The notes below the pieces were generated by a model, which ran no database searches, was not told the DNA's origin, and saw only the letters and a list, made by a program, of their open reading frames with translations. This document shows, in pieces, positions 1 to 9,059 of a stretch of DNA of 27,954 nucleotides (position 1 is its first letter; the number at the start of each line of letters is the position of its first letter). Where the stretch lies: the IMG/VR virus record IMGVR_UViG_3300042975_000097, one strand, 5' to 3'. This stretch comes from a virus. Lineage: Duplodnaviria; Heunggongvirae; Uroviricota; Caudoviricetes. The position numbers were made by a program, and so were the translations under genes.

Positions 1-315
1 GAACTTGAGGCGCATCTCCACGATCCCGTTGACGAGCCAAGAGAGCACGGTGTGTTCGCGGTGAGCGTTGCTGTCGCCGATCATGACTACGTGACCCGCG
101 ACACCATCATGATTCATGACGCCGATGGCTGGCATGATGATGATGGCGTTCATGATTGGACCGACCTTACGGGAATAGCGGGCAGGGTGAACGGCATCCT
201 GATCGTCACCCCGGTGGCGGTTCGTGGGGTGGCGCTTGACGAGCATGGGCGGACGGTGCTGGCGGATGATGCCGCCGAGATCGATGTGCTCGGCGTGGGC
301 GTGGTGAACCGGTAG
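1..315 (+). CDS. Hypothetical protein, 5' partial (runs off window start)
   Basis: Frame 1 is open from base 1 to TAG at 313-315; no recognisable motif. Confidence 0.4.
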   Translation, partial: ELEAHLHDPVDEPREHGVFAVSVAVADHDYVTRDTIMIHDADGWHDDDGVHDWTDLTGIAGRVNGILIVTPVAVRGVALDEHGRTVLADDAAEIDVLGVGVVNR

Positions 316-322
316 CATCGGC

Positions 323-352
323 GGCGTGTCGCGTAGCCGCGTATGTTACCAT
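323..352 (+). promoter_or_regulatory. Motif-C promoter: GGCGTGTCGCG-N13-TACCAT
   Basis: Motif 323-333, -10-like TACCAT 347-352 preceded by TG, upstream of the CDS at 405; same 13-nt spacing at four other loci. Confidence 0.5.
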
Positions 353-404
353 ATAGTCATAGGCAATAAGGCAAAACAATTATGAACATTGAAGGGGATT
401 GAAC

Positions 405-800
405 ATGAGAACGTTGGACGAGTTGGCACAGTATGAGAGTAGATGCTTTGATGGGCGTGATGTCTGTCGACTGGCGGTGTTTCTTCCCGTTGACAAGTTG
501 CCTGATCTTGGGTTGAAACTGGTGGGCGATGGGTCGGATCGGGTGCAGGTTCCGCTGACACGGGAGAACGTGCTTGAGCGCTTCCACGAGGATTTTGATT
601 TCGGTGTCGAGAAAGCCGCTGGCGAGCGTGGAATCAGCGCTTCCCTCATGGCGATCGTGATGGAGATGTGGGTCTGGGTGCTCGGTGATTCGCTGGACAG
701 CGAGGCCGATGATTCGCCGTACGGCATCGACACGTATGAGGAGGTCGCCTCGAAATACGGTTTCCACATGAAATACGACCTTGATAATCTCGACTATTAG
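405..800 (+). CDS. Phage-like hypothetical protein
   Basis: AAGGGG RBS 7 nt before ATG 405; protein has LDGRD/FDGRD..RL..F, TRENVL and RGISASLM..V..W.W segments that I recall from phage hypotheticals. Confidence 0.75.
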   Translation: MRTLDELAQYESRCFDGRDVCRLAVFLPVDKLPDLGLKLVGDGSDRVQVPLTRENVLERFHEDFDFGVEKAAGERGISASLMAIVMEMWVWVLGDSLDSEADDSPYGIDTYEEVASKYGFHMKYDLDNLDY

Positions 801-835
801 AACAGCATCGGCAGGAAAAGCAGAAAGGTTATACC

Positions 836-1051
836 ATGAAAACCACACTGGGCGCGTTGACCGCAAGCGAAGCGAGGAAGTATGTGGGTCGGCGGCTGTC
901 ATGCCGTGAACTCGGCGGTTTGCGAATCATGGCCGTGTTGAGGAAGGTGAACGGGGACGAGAACGATCGCATCCGGTCGGTGACCGTTGACGAGGGCGAT
1001 GCCGCCGGCATCACATGGCCCACCCAATGGGTCGGCGCGGAGATTATCTGA
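836..1051 (+). CDS. Small hypothetical protein (71 aa)
   Basis: Purine-rich GAAAGG upstream; co-oriented directly after 405-800. Confidence 0.6.
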   Translation: MKTTLGALTASEARKYVGRRLSCRELGGLRIMAVLRKVNGDENDRIRSVTVDEGDAAGITWPTQWVGAEII

Positions 1052-1226
1052 ACACCTGTCACCGATCGATGACGATGATGCCCGTAGGTCGAACATGACC
1101 TGCGGGCATCATCTTGTTCGCGTCCCCGGTGGTAGGTCACGACCACCAACATCTTCCACGCAGCGCAATCAAGCGCGGGCGTAGGCGATGCCGGCGGCCA
1201 CGGGTCAGTCGACCATCATGGTGGCG

Positions 1227-1487
1227 TCAACGGAGGGCGCGCACCAGGTCCCTGATGAACTCGATGCCATCGTTCACGTTGCCGGCGCGCTGCTGCGCGT
1301 TCGCGTCGGTGGCTGCGCTCGCCCTCTCATCATCCTCGGTATCGCAGGCGGCCGCTGGCGGGGTCGTTTCACCATGCGTATCCGGCGATCGGTCGCCATC
1401 GACCCGTGCGGGCACGGCGGTGCCGGACTCGTTCACCGGTGGATGGTCGACGATGATGTCACCGTTGACGGCGAGCGTGAGCATCAT
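1227..1487 (-). CDS. Possible small hypothetical protein
   Basis: ORF only; no clear RBS or homology. Confidence 0.25.
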   Translation of the reverse strand: MMLTLAVNGDIIVDHPPVNESGTAVPARVDGDRSPDTHGETTPPAAACDTEDDERASAATDANAQQRAGNVNDGIEFIRDLVRALR

Positions 1488-1557
1488 CCACAGGTCATGC
1501 TATCATGGACTTGTAGCATGAACTTCTGATCATGAGCATCGAATAAGGGGCACACGA

Positions 1558-1923
1558 ATGAACGAGAACAATGACGACGATTGGCCGTTCGTGGCCATTG
1601 ATAACGGTGACACCGGGAGCGTGAGCAGGATGCTCGACGCCAGCGCCAGCGAACCCGGCGAGCCGGCGGTCAGGCCCGCGCCGCGCGATGATGATGACCT
1701 GCCGGGTGGTAATGATGGACTCTGGGTGGTTGATGATCATGATGAGGACTCCGAGGGCGGGGCCGTGATCGACCGCACGTGGTGGCTGCGCTCCGCTGGC
1801 GATTGGCGGCGAGCGCGCGAGCGCATCGGCGGGTATGCTTATCTCCGGCCGGACGACCGTTCGCTCGTGTTCACGGCAGCGGTGCCGACCGCCAGCGAGC
1901 GCCGCCGGTTCGAGCGGTGGTGA
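1558..1923 (+). CDS. Hypothetical protein with acidic N-terminus (121 aa)
   Basis: AAGGGG RBS upstream; TGCTATCAT extended -10-like site at about 1498-1506. Confidence 0.6.
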   Translation: MNENNDDDWPFVAIDNGDTGSVSRMLDASASEPGEPAVRPAPRDDDDLPGGNDGLWVVDDHDEDSEGGAVIDRTWWLRSAGDWRRARERIGGYAYLRPDDRSLVFTAAVPTASERRRFERW

Positions 1924-1933
1924 GCACCGTTTA

Positions 1934-2155
1934 TCAGAGCGACCGGCCATGCGCTCGCGGTCGGCGGCATCTCATCGACGGCAGTTCGATGCGCACGTCG
2001 AGTTCAGGGTTCTTTTCGCCGGTCATGATCTCGATCAAGTCGGAGGCCATGTCGTTCACTTCCTTGAGGTTGGTGGCCATGGTCACGCGTCCGACTTGGG
2101 GTACCTTGACTTCCCAGGCGTTCTCGTCTGGGATGACGATCACTTTGTATGTCAT
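1934..2155 (-). CDS. hicB: HicB-like antitoxin, probably C-terminally truncated (73 aa)
   Basis: MTYKVIVIPDENAWEVKVPQVGRVTMATNLKEVNDMASDLIEIMTG resembles the HicB N-terminal domain; ATGA overlap with the upstream HicA-like stop; AAGGA RBS; similarity appears to end after ELPS. Confidence 0.6.
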   Translation of the reverse strand: MTYKVIVIPDENAWEVKVPQVGRVTMATNLKEVNDMASDLIEIMTGEKNPELDVRIELPSMRCRRPRAHGRSL

Positions 2156-2322
2156 TTCCACCAGTCCTTTCCTAGTTTCGGTTCGCATTCCCGGTAGATG
2201 TCGCGTGTGGTGCGTTCGGGGATGTCGTTATGTCGCGGGATCGTGATCATCATGCCGTCGAGCATCCAGATGTCATGGTTGCCGCCTTTGCGATTCGCCT
2301 GAGCGAACTCGACGCCGGCGGC
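2152..2322 (-). pseudogene. hicA: HicA-like mRNA interferase toxin, native 5' end missing
   Basis: GGNHDIW..DG..ITIPRHNDI..RT...I...CE..LGKDWW has the HicA G-x-H and IPRH motifs; upstream sequence switches to AbiEii-like DNA. Confidence 0.6.
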
Positions 2323-2352
2323 GGGCTGGACGCCTCCGTACCACGCGAGGAG

Positions 2353-2507
2353 TCGATATCCTCGGAGAACCAAGCGAACCCATAGCATTCCATGAGCGCA
2401 GTGGCGCCCTTGAGCACGAACGGTTTGGCGGGCGACGAGTTGATGCCCAGCAGCATCCGCTGTTTGTCCTGCCCATGCCGCTGGTTGTCCTGGCTTAGTC
2501 CGGTCAC
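2353..2507 (-). pseudogene. AbiEii-like nucleotidyltransferase toxin, 5' fragment (~50 aa)
   Basis: FVLKGATALMECYG...FSEDID matches the AbiEii LKGG(T)..RFSEDID signature; GTG start overlaps the partner's TGA with AAGGAG RBS; similarity stops right after SEDID. Confidence 0.7.
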
Positions 2508-2917
2508 AAGGTCTCCTTCTGCGGGCGCATGGCCTTGTAGTCCAGCCACGCGCCCAAATATTCGCGTCCCATGAACCGGTCGATGCCGGGCCAGTCCTTG
2601 CGGCCACGCAGCAGCAGGATATGGTCCATGACGGGCTTGTCGGTCAGTGGGTTGTCGAGGAAGTTGTCGCGCATGCCCTGGGCGCTGCCGTACAATCCCT
2701 GCTCGATCAGGTCGAGGCAGGCGCGCACGTGGCCCGCGACCGGCATCGTTCCCATGCCCGGCATCTCGTTCTCGGCGATGTCATACATGCCGAACGGCGA
2801 CGTGTCCGTGTCAAGCAACATTGGACGCGACCAGTCCAGCGCACTGAAATGCCAGTCACCAGGCGTGTATGACCTGTCGCCTATGTTCAGCGCGTGCATT
2901 CCCGTCACATATCGCAT
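2504..2917 (-). CDS. Putative type IV TA antitoxin (AbiEi-position partner gene), intact
   Basis: 137-aa ORF (MRYVTGMHALN..GDWH.SAL.W..AGHVRACLDLI..AQGMR..FM.REY..WL) translationally coupled to the AbiEii fragment; I recall this family upstream of AbiEii toxins. Confidence 0.6.
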   Translation of the reverse strand: MRYVTGMHALNIGDRSYTPGDWHFSALDWSRPMLLDTDTSPFGMYDIAENEMPGMGTMPVAGHVRACLDLIEQGLYGSAQGMRDNFLDNPLTDKPVMDHILLLRGRKDWPGIDRFMGREYLGAWLDYKAMRPQKETL

Positions 2918-2970
2918 CCGGCACCTCCTTCGCTAACCGCTGGAAACGGTTTTCATGACATGCCGACACC

Positions 2971-3105
2971 GCTCTACTTCGATTGCGCTCACACGGCAAG
3001 CGTTCGCTTATCGTATGAGCGTATTTTCTCGACGCCGTGCGAAAAACGGCGTTTTCGATGCCACGGTCGCAAAACCGTGTGATGCCGTTCTACGTGGCTT
3101 ACAGC
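2971..3105 (+). repeat. Element B copy 1 (~135-bp multi-hairpin intergenic repeat)
   Basis: Aligns along its length with 7674-7808, 10721-10855(-), 15627-15762 and 26079-26215. Confidence 0.9.
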
Positions 3106-3212
3106 GCACGGCGCCTACCCCGTGAAACCCGCTATCGAACCGGGCGCGGCGCCCGCGAGCGTCGACCATCGGTGACGTTCGCGGGCGGGATGCCGCTCGC
3201 GATCGCGTGCCC

Positions 3213-3866
3213 TCAGTGGTTCGCACCGACCCCGCAGTCGCCGGCGAGCTCCTTGACGCTGCCATCCGTGTTGTAACTCTTCACGTAGCAGCGGGCGCGC
3301 TTGTTAATGCTCTTACGCGACTTGCCGGTGTTCTTGTGTGATTTCACCGGTTTCAACGGGGTGGACGTGCCATCCGCGTTGTTCTCGATAATGCCGAATC
3401 GATTGTCATGGCTGATTAGCATACCTTTCGAGACCTCGTGCGCACCGCGCTTAACGTAGGCGATGTCATAGCGCTGGTCACCAGTGAGGTTGAAACTCGC
3501 ATCTGCGGCAATGCCGCCTGGTAGCACGATGATCTCGCCGCTCTTCGATTTCTCGGTGTCGGTTCGATGACCGTGATCATCGGTCAGCATTGTGATGCCA
3601 TACGTGGTATTCAAATCAGAGACGGCTACGTCGCGCGAGCCCCCTGAAGCAAGCAGGAGGGGTATGACTATGACTGCTGAGAAGAGAGCAATCCAAACCG
3701 CATCAATGGCACCATCATTATGACCCCAAAGGTATGATATGAGCGCCACGATGACCACGATGATCACGATGCCCGAGAGTACGAGTCCCGCTATCACAAG
3801 CCCCTGAGCGGTCGAGCCATCCACGAAATCACTGGTCGACATCGTAAGGTAATCATTCATGTTCAT
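3213..3866 (-). CDS. Two-TM membrane protein, paralogue family M, with C-terminal CYxKSYNxDGSxxELAGDC module
   Basis: Two hydrophobic stretches, then LNTTYGIT...IAYVKRG...GMLI...LKPVK, shared with 6517, 12163, 14936 and 22949. Confidence 0.75.
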   Translation of the reverse strand: MNMNDYLTMSTSDFVDGSTAQGLVIAGLVLSGIVIIVVIVALISYLWGHNDGAIDAVWIALFSAVIVIPLLLASGGSRDVAVSDLNTTYGITMLTDDHGHRTDTEKSKSGEIIVLPGGIAADASFNLTGDQRYDIAYVKRGAHEVSKGMLISHDNRFGIIENNADGTSTPLKPVKSHKNTGKSRKSINKRARCYVKSYNTDGSVKELAGDCGVGANH

Positions 3867-3872
3867 GACGGT

Positions 3873-4034
3873 TCACTTTCCTCTCACGTCGTCGGCGCAA
3901 TCGCCGGCGAGTTCCCTCACGATACCATCCGTGCTGAACGCCTTCGCCCGGAAGCCGTTGACGAACGCACCATCATCACCCTCAAACACGGCGCGCGCGT
4001 CCAATGGCACCGCGTGCTTGCTCAACTCGCTCAT
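3873..4034 (-). CDS. Small protein (53 aa) carrying the same RELAGDC C-terminal module
   Basis: GAGGGG RBS; TGGTATAAT extended -10 (TATAAT at 4069-4074); ends AKAFSTDGIVRELAGDC. Confidence 0.6.
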   Translation of the reverse strand: MSELSKHAVPLDARAVFEGDDGAFVNGFRAKAFSTDGIVRELAGDCADDVRGK

Positions 4035-4087
4035 GCTCGTTTCCCCTCTCGACTTCCCGGACGTGCCCATTATACCACAGTCGCCAT

Positions 4088-6284
4088 GGTGATTTTCTGT
4101 GGTTAGATTCTTGTACTGATAGTAATGTGTGATATTGTAATGGTATGGAAAGTATTAAGGTGCGAGCGCTTGCGGGCATGATGGGCGTTACCATGCAAAC
4201 CATACGAGCATGGATGCGAGCAGGCAGGATACCGTATCATAAATCACCGTCAGGGGGCATCTACTTCACTCCTGATGATGTGAGGCGAATCACTGGTGAT
4301 GATGGTGATGAGCCGACAGTCGAGCAACAATGGATCTATTACGTTCGATCATCCAGTGGTAACAAGGAACTCATGGACAAGCAAGCCATGATGCTTAAGG
4401 GCAAGTACCCTTCGCCTTCACGGGTAATCAAGGATAGCGCGAGCGGCATGAATGACAGCAGGAAAGGATTGAACAAGCTCATGGACCTGGCTCGGGCCCA
4501 TGAGGTCACTGACATCGCGGTCACGTACCCTGACAGGCTCAGCAGGTTCGGCGTGAAATACCTTGAGCGTTACTTCGATGCTTATAACGTTCATCTTCAT
4601 TACATGATGACTGATGACAAGCAGGACATGCACAAGGAACTCATGGATGATTTCATGGCTATCATCGCCAGCTTCGCCGGTAAGTACTATCACCTGCGCA
4701 GTACCACAAACAAGAACAAGCTCCTTGATCAAGCCAGCAGGGAAATCAACAAATGACAACTGCGTGGCGAGCATTCACCGTACCATTACGCGCGGCGTGT
4801 GACGAGCACGCCTACGATCTTATGCTACGCTTCTATCATTTCATGCAGGACGAGTACAAGCAATGCATCAATGATAAGATCCTCACAAGCAAGGCAACCA
4901 CGTACGCTCATGAGCACAAGGGCATCTTCCGCAACCGCCTCATGCGCGACACGAATCACAGGTACAAGCAATGGTCAAGCATCAGTAACAAGGCTAAGTA
5001 CTTCCGCATGCTCAGCGAGAACATACGCCACGCGATAATCTCACAGGAGGAACGAGTCCGCGTATCAACCATATGCCAACGTTATGATTACAATGCCAAC
5101 AGCATGCATGATATCCTTAACGATTGTCATGATGAACGATCATACCCAACATACGCCACGATCCGCAACATCTGCCGATCACGCAGCATACCAGCACTTA
5201 GCACGAGCACTCATATCATCCTTGACTGGTCCACGCAGGACACGCAGACAATCAGGACACATGATGATTACTATGACATCCAAGTTCTTAATGAATGGGT
5301 GACACTCCACGTTCCCATTCCATCGACAGTGCGACCAGGCACGGGGCGCGTAGCCAAGCCACGGGTAAGAATGAACGATAACGGGGAACTCATGATCGAC
5401 ATGAGTTATGAGATCACGGTGACTGCGGATCCGCTCGCTGATAGGGATGTGGTCATGGGTGTTGACCTCGGCATCGTGAAACCATTCGCAGCAGCATCAT
5501 TGAACACGCGAACAGGCGAGTACAGCACGGAACTCACGATGAGTCGAGAACTCAGCATTATAATGACAAGAAACGCTCCCTCGACAAGGAAATACGATGC
5601 CTGTACGAGAAAATCCAGCGGCTCGAACCACTGATCACACTGAGCAACGCATACCTCACGCAACACTACCATGATATCAAACGCGACCTCACCCTCAAGA
5701 AGAACAAGAGAACCCGGCTCAAGAAGCACATGCAATGGTGCATCGCCCGCGACATCACCACTCACGCAACGCACGAGCACGCCACCACCATCATCATGGA
5801 AGACCTACGATGGACACCCAACAGCAAATGGGACCACTCCATCACCCAGGAACGCATCGCCCAGACCGCTCAAGCACACAATATGCGAACCATAACCATC
5901 AACCCTAAGAACACCAGCAGAACAGACCCGTTCACCAACACTCCAACCACACCAAACGCGAACAGGACCATGATCACAACGCGCGGTCCCATCGACCGCG
6001 ATTACGCAGCAGCACTCAACATCACACAACGAACCAAGAAAACAACACGACCACTCACGCAACCAAGAGACAAGCACGCACCAACACCAAAACGACCACG
6101 AAACACCACGCGTAATCACGTCCACAAGCTCATCAAGCAAGCACGACATAACAGTAATGGCGGGTACCCCATAACCGTGAGTACATCGCATAAGGAAAGG
6201 CTAACCACCACCTTATTGAGCAATCACATTACCACCAGTCACGCGCGCACCATGGCACACCATGGCAAAACGCAACAAAACTGG
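4088..6284 (+). mobile_element. IS607-family element B (tnpA + frameshifted tnpB); ends approximate
   Basis: tnpA-tnpB with ATGA overlap; left end inferred from GGTGA, as at the start of element A; right end inferred at GG 6283-6284 (alternative GG 6289-6290); AT-richer than flanks. Confidence 0.75.
4145..4756 (+). CDS. tnpA: IS607-family serine transposase (MerR-like HTH + serine recombinase)
   Basis: N-terminal HTH (GVTMQTIRAW), YVRSSS catalytic motif, DSASGMNDSRKGL, DRLSRFG, ELMDDFMAIIASFAGKYY. Confidence 0.92.
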   Translation: MESIKVRALAGMMGVTMQTIRAWMRAGRIPYHKSPSGGIYFTPDDVRRITGDDGDEPTVEQQWIYYVRSSSGNKELMDKQAMMLKGKYPSPSRVIKDSASGMNDSRKGLNKLMDLARAHEVTDIAVTYPDRLSRFGVKYLERYFDAYNVHLHYMMTDDKQDMHKELMDDFMAIIASFAGKYYHLRSTTNKNKLLDQASREINK

Positions 6285-6287
6285 TAA
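4753..6287 (+). pseudogene. tnpB: TnpB RNA-guided nuclease with a 1-nt frameshift near 5556
   Basis: RuvC-I VMGVDLG in frame 1; RuvC-II IIMEDL and RuvC-III DRDYAAALNI in frame 3; frame 3 is open from about 5556 (HYNDKKRSLDKEIRCL...) to 6287. Confidence 0.85.
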
Positions 6288-6516
6288 CGGTCAACGGTCG
6301 TCAACGTCACCCGCAATCGCCGACGATGCTGACGGTGCCATCGGCGTTCGCGGAACCACGGCAGGCGCCACGCCGCGCAGACGGGTCCGACCGGCCGCGC
6401 TCGACGTTCGATGGCGGCGTCGACGATGGTTCACGCTTCGCCGCCGTGCGCCTGCGGTCGGCGGGCGTCGCCGTCACGGCCTCGGTGTGTTCGGTGGTGG
6501 TCGCGCGAGCCGCAGC

Positions 6517-7272
6517 CTATTTCAATACTGGAGTAAGCCGTGTTCCTTTTCCTGATCCTGATAGCTGATACAGCGATGCATGGCCATCGATGATAAGTAT
6601 CATTCCATCATACATGGAGGTTCCCTTAACATATTTCACATCGAAATATTGGTCGCCATTACGGGGATATACCGATGTCGCAGCATCAGGAGACAGTGGT
6701 ATGAGGTTAGACACATGGTTATCACGCGCAATGTCATCAAATGGAATATTGTAGACCCCATCTTTTTCCTGCAACTTCGTGTGCTTCACCAGCGTATTTT
6801 CATCATGATGATTACTGCCGAGTACTGGTTTTATGGCTGTTTTCCCTGAATCGGTATCAAACAATCCCGCCTTGCCGTTCTCTATAAGGATGATGCCGTC
6901 GTTCATCACGCCATCCTTTACATATGTTACGTGGTTCAATTCGTTCTTCCTCAAAATAATGCGGTCATGATCTGGACTGAGCGATGCTATGAGTACAGCA
7001 CCAGATGATTTTTTGAGCGACGATGTGTTAATGTATGCGTTTGTAGGCTTTGATGTAAATGCCTGGAACGCAAAGGCAGCGATAACAACAACCACAAATG
7101 ATGAAACTATAATGTTATATATTTTTCTGCCTATAGAGACTTCCGGGAGGCATACAACGCATAAGATAACGAATCCTATGGCAAAGGAAGTGATGATAAG
7201 TATCGTACGGATGGCGGATGTATGGTCAGTGTGCATAATGGGAACCGTATAGTTGGATGCAGCAAGTATCAT
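6517..7272 (-). CDS. Two-TM membrane protein of family M with two tandem extracellular domains; AT-rich gene
   Basis: Two TM segments, then two copies of VxYVK.G...DG.ILI..G.A.L(F/Y)......(I/L).PV; TGATACTAT extended -10-like site at about 7320-7328. Confidence 0.75.
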   Translation of the reverse strand: MILAASNYTVPIMHTDHTSAIRTILIITSFAIGFVILCVVCLPEVSIGRKIYNIIVSSFVVVVIAAFAFQAFTSKPTNAYINTSSLKKSSGAVLIASLSPDHDRIILRKNELNHVTYVKDGVMNDGIILIENGKAGLFDTDSGKTAIKPVLGSNHHDENTLVKHTKLQEKDGVYNIPFDDIARDNHVSNLIPLSPDAATSVYPRNGDQYFDVKYVKGTSMYDGMILIIDGHASLYQLSGSGKGTRLTPVLK

Positions 7273-7371
7273 GTTTACTCCTTAAAGATTATTCGGCTTG
7301 AATGCCGATACTGCTATCCATAGTATCACAGTGGTGGCGGCTTGTCGGAAGTCTGCGGGTGGCTGACCGCC

Positions 7372-7406
7372 GCTATACCTGATAGCTTTCACCTTTAACA
7401 CGATTC
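7372..7406 (+). repeat. Motif A copy 1 (35 bp)
   Basis: gctatacctgatagctttcacctttaacacgattc. Confidence 0.9.
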
Positions 7407-7507
7407 TGAGGGGGTTGGGCGTGGATTCGCCGCCGTGGGTGATGACATGTGATGGCTCGTCGCCCTCACCGTGATGTCGTGGTCGGGTTCGCTTCGCCGT
7501 GGTCGGC

Positions 7508-7542
7508 GCTATACCTGATAGCTTCCACCTTTAACGCGATTC
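7508..7542 (+). repeat. Motif A copy 2
   Basis: gctatacctgatagcttccacctttaacgcgattc; starts 136 bp after copy 1. Confidence 0.9.
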
Positions 7543-7673
7543 TGGGGGTGCCAATGGATTCGCTGGCGGCATGACCGGCCGCCGGGAACAGACCGGTCAT
7601 GCCCTTGCCCCCATGACCGGTATCATCGCCAGCGATAGTCGACGAATCATGATTCTCATGACGTCCCGACATC

Positions 7674-7808
7674 GCTCTACGTCGATTACGATCACACGGC
7701 AAGCGTTCGCTTATCGTATGAGCGTAATTTCCAGATGGCGTGCGAAAAACGGCGTTTTCGATGCCACGGTCACAAAACCGTGATTCCCGGTTCTACGTGG
7801 CTCTCAGC
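7674..7808 (+). repeat. Element B copy 2
   Basis: Full-length alignment to copy 1. Confidence 0.9.
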
Positions 7809-7820
7809 CCGCGATCGTCA

Positions 7821-8174
7821 TCACCGGGCGTACCCGCCGTTCACGTCGGCGGTGAAGAATTGCGTGTGCCAGTCGACCGCGATGGCGGTGATGGGACGCG
7901 CGGCCGGATCGAACGTCGGGAGCCGCCTGAACGCCCACGCACCCGATCCGATCGACTCGTCCGTCTCGCGCTCCAGCCATGTGCCGTCCGTGAACGTGAT
8001 CACCAGGTCCCCGGCGATCGGCGCGTACTCGTCGATGTCGCGGGCCAGCGCTGCGAATCCGTCGAAGTCAGTGCGGAACAACCCGTCATCTGAGCCGACC
8101 GCCGCGACGTCATCGCGCGTGTGCCCGCTGTACCCGATGTCGTCTAGCGTCGCCTTCAGAAGATTGTCATTCAT
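7821..8174 (-). CDS. Phage-like hypothetical protein (117 aa)
   Basis: NLLKATL...VGSD...IAGDLVITFTDGTWLER resembles a common phage hypothetical family; AAGGGA RBS; strong upstream promoter. Confidence 0.7.
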   Translation of the reverse strand: MNDNLLKATLDDIGYSGHTRDDVAAVGSDDGLFRTDFDGFAALARDIDEYAPIAGDLVITFTDGTWLERETDESIGSGAWAFRRLPTFDPAARPITAIAVDWHTQFFTADVNGGYAR

Positions 8175-8217
8175 GTCCCTTACCCCCATGTCCATTCTGA
8201 TAGTGTACTCGCCATCG

Positions 8218-8247
8218 AGTATAACGGAGGACGGCGTCCGATGTCAA
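8218..8247 (-). promoter_or_regulatory. Consensus sigma70-type promoter TTGACA-N18-TATACT
   Basis: Minus strand: TTGACA 8247-8242, TATACT 8223-8218. Confidence 0.7.
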
Positions 8248-8300
8248 GCCCGGCGCCGGGGCTACGGACGAGAGCATGACTCGCTTCGTCCTTGGCCGGC

Positions 8301-8335
8301 GCTATACCTGATAGCTTCCACCCTTAACGCGATTC
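8301..8335 (+). repeat. Motif A copy 3
   Basis: gctatacctgatagcttccacccttaacgcgattc. Confidence 0.9.
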
Positions 8336-8447
8336 CGAGGGGCTGGACTCGTGGGCCTTCATGGAGGGGTATGCCGAGCATGTCTTGGTGACAGTTGCGT
8401 GATATTATTATGATTGGTGATATTATATCATGTGGTCAGGGGGCGTG

Positions 8448-9059
8448 ATGATTCAGATTGGTAAGGCGGCGCGGATACTGGGCGTGACGCCGCAGACGGT
8501 TCGCGCGTACGTGAGGGCGGGTAAGCTTCGCGCGACCGTGAATGGTAGTGGGAGGTTCCTGTTCGATGAGCAGGATTGTTACGATTACACTGGTCGTAGT
8601 AAGGCGGAGTGTGAGCACCGGGTTGTCTTCTACGTGAGGTCGTCGAACGGTCAAGAGGCGTCGATGCGATCGCAGGTCGACTTGCTCACGGCGAGGTACG
8701 GCGCGCCGTTCAAAGTCTACAGGGACGCGTCATCAGGACTTAACGAGAACCGGCGCGGGCTGGCGGCACTCATACGGGACATCACCGATGATGACATCAG
8801 CACCGTGTGCGTGACGCACAAGGACCGGCTCACCCGATTCGGGTTCCATTACCTCGAACTCCTGTTCAAGGAGCACGGCACCACCGTCAACGTGCTATCA
8901 TCATCCTCGAAGTCATTACAAGAGGAACTCATGCAGGACTTCATGAGACTGGTAGCATCGTTCGCCGGTAGGTTCTACCGGATGCGCGGGTACGAGCAGC
9001 AGGAGAGACTGCTGCATGACGCGGAGAACGTCATAGAAGAGCGACGGCATGATAAGTAA
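8448..9059 (+). CDS. tnpA: IS607-family serine transposase (ORF extends to alternative start 8430)
   Basis: MIQIGKAARILGVTPQTVRAY HTH, YVRSS, DASSGLNENRRGL, DRLTRFG, EELMQDFM.L.ASFAGRFY. Confidence 0.93.
   Translation: MIQIGKAARILGVTPQTVRAYVRAGKLRATVNGSGRFLFDEQDCYDYTGRSKAECEHRVVFYVRSSNGQEASMRSQVDLLTARYGAPFKVYRDASSGLNENRRGLAALIRDITDDDISTVCVTHKDRLTRFGFHYLELLFKEHGTTVNVLSSSSKSLQEELMQDFMRLVASFAGRFYRMRGYEQQERLLHDAENVIEERRHDK

Noticed and set aside
2971-3105. Element B as an integron attC site or REP
   Set aside because: No RYYYAAC/GTTRRRY cores, no integrase or RAYT gene; the GTAG tetramers are not directly followed by a REP-like palindrome.
6285-6305. Element B (IS607) right-flank guide matching 15607-15623 (tcaacggtcg..aacgt)
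   Set aside because: Short, mismatched and explained by recurring TTGAC -35-like words; the right end itself is uncertain.
6557-6566. CCTGATAGCT as an eighth motif A copy
   Set aside because: Only 10 nt match, the flanks do not, and it lies inside a CDS.
7372-7542. Motif A pairs as a minimal CRISPR array (35-bp partly palindromic repeat)
   Set aside because: Only two repeats per locus, intervals of 101-116 bp, degenerate copies, and no cas genes or leader in the window.
7735-8391. ORFs that start inside element B or motif A (e.g. 3037, 7735, 7740, 26123, 10483, 25740)
   Set aside because: Shared peptide strings (KRRFRCHG, RIALKEGAIRYS) simply reflect the DNA repeats; no RBS, and they overlap better-supported genes.
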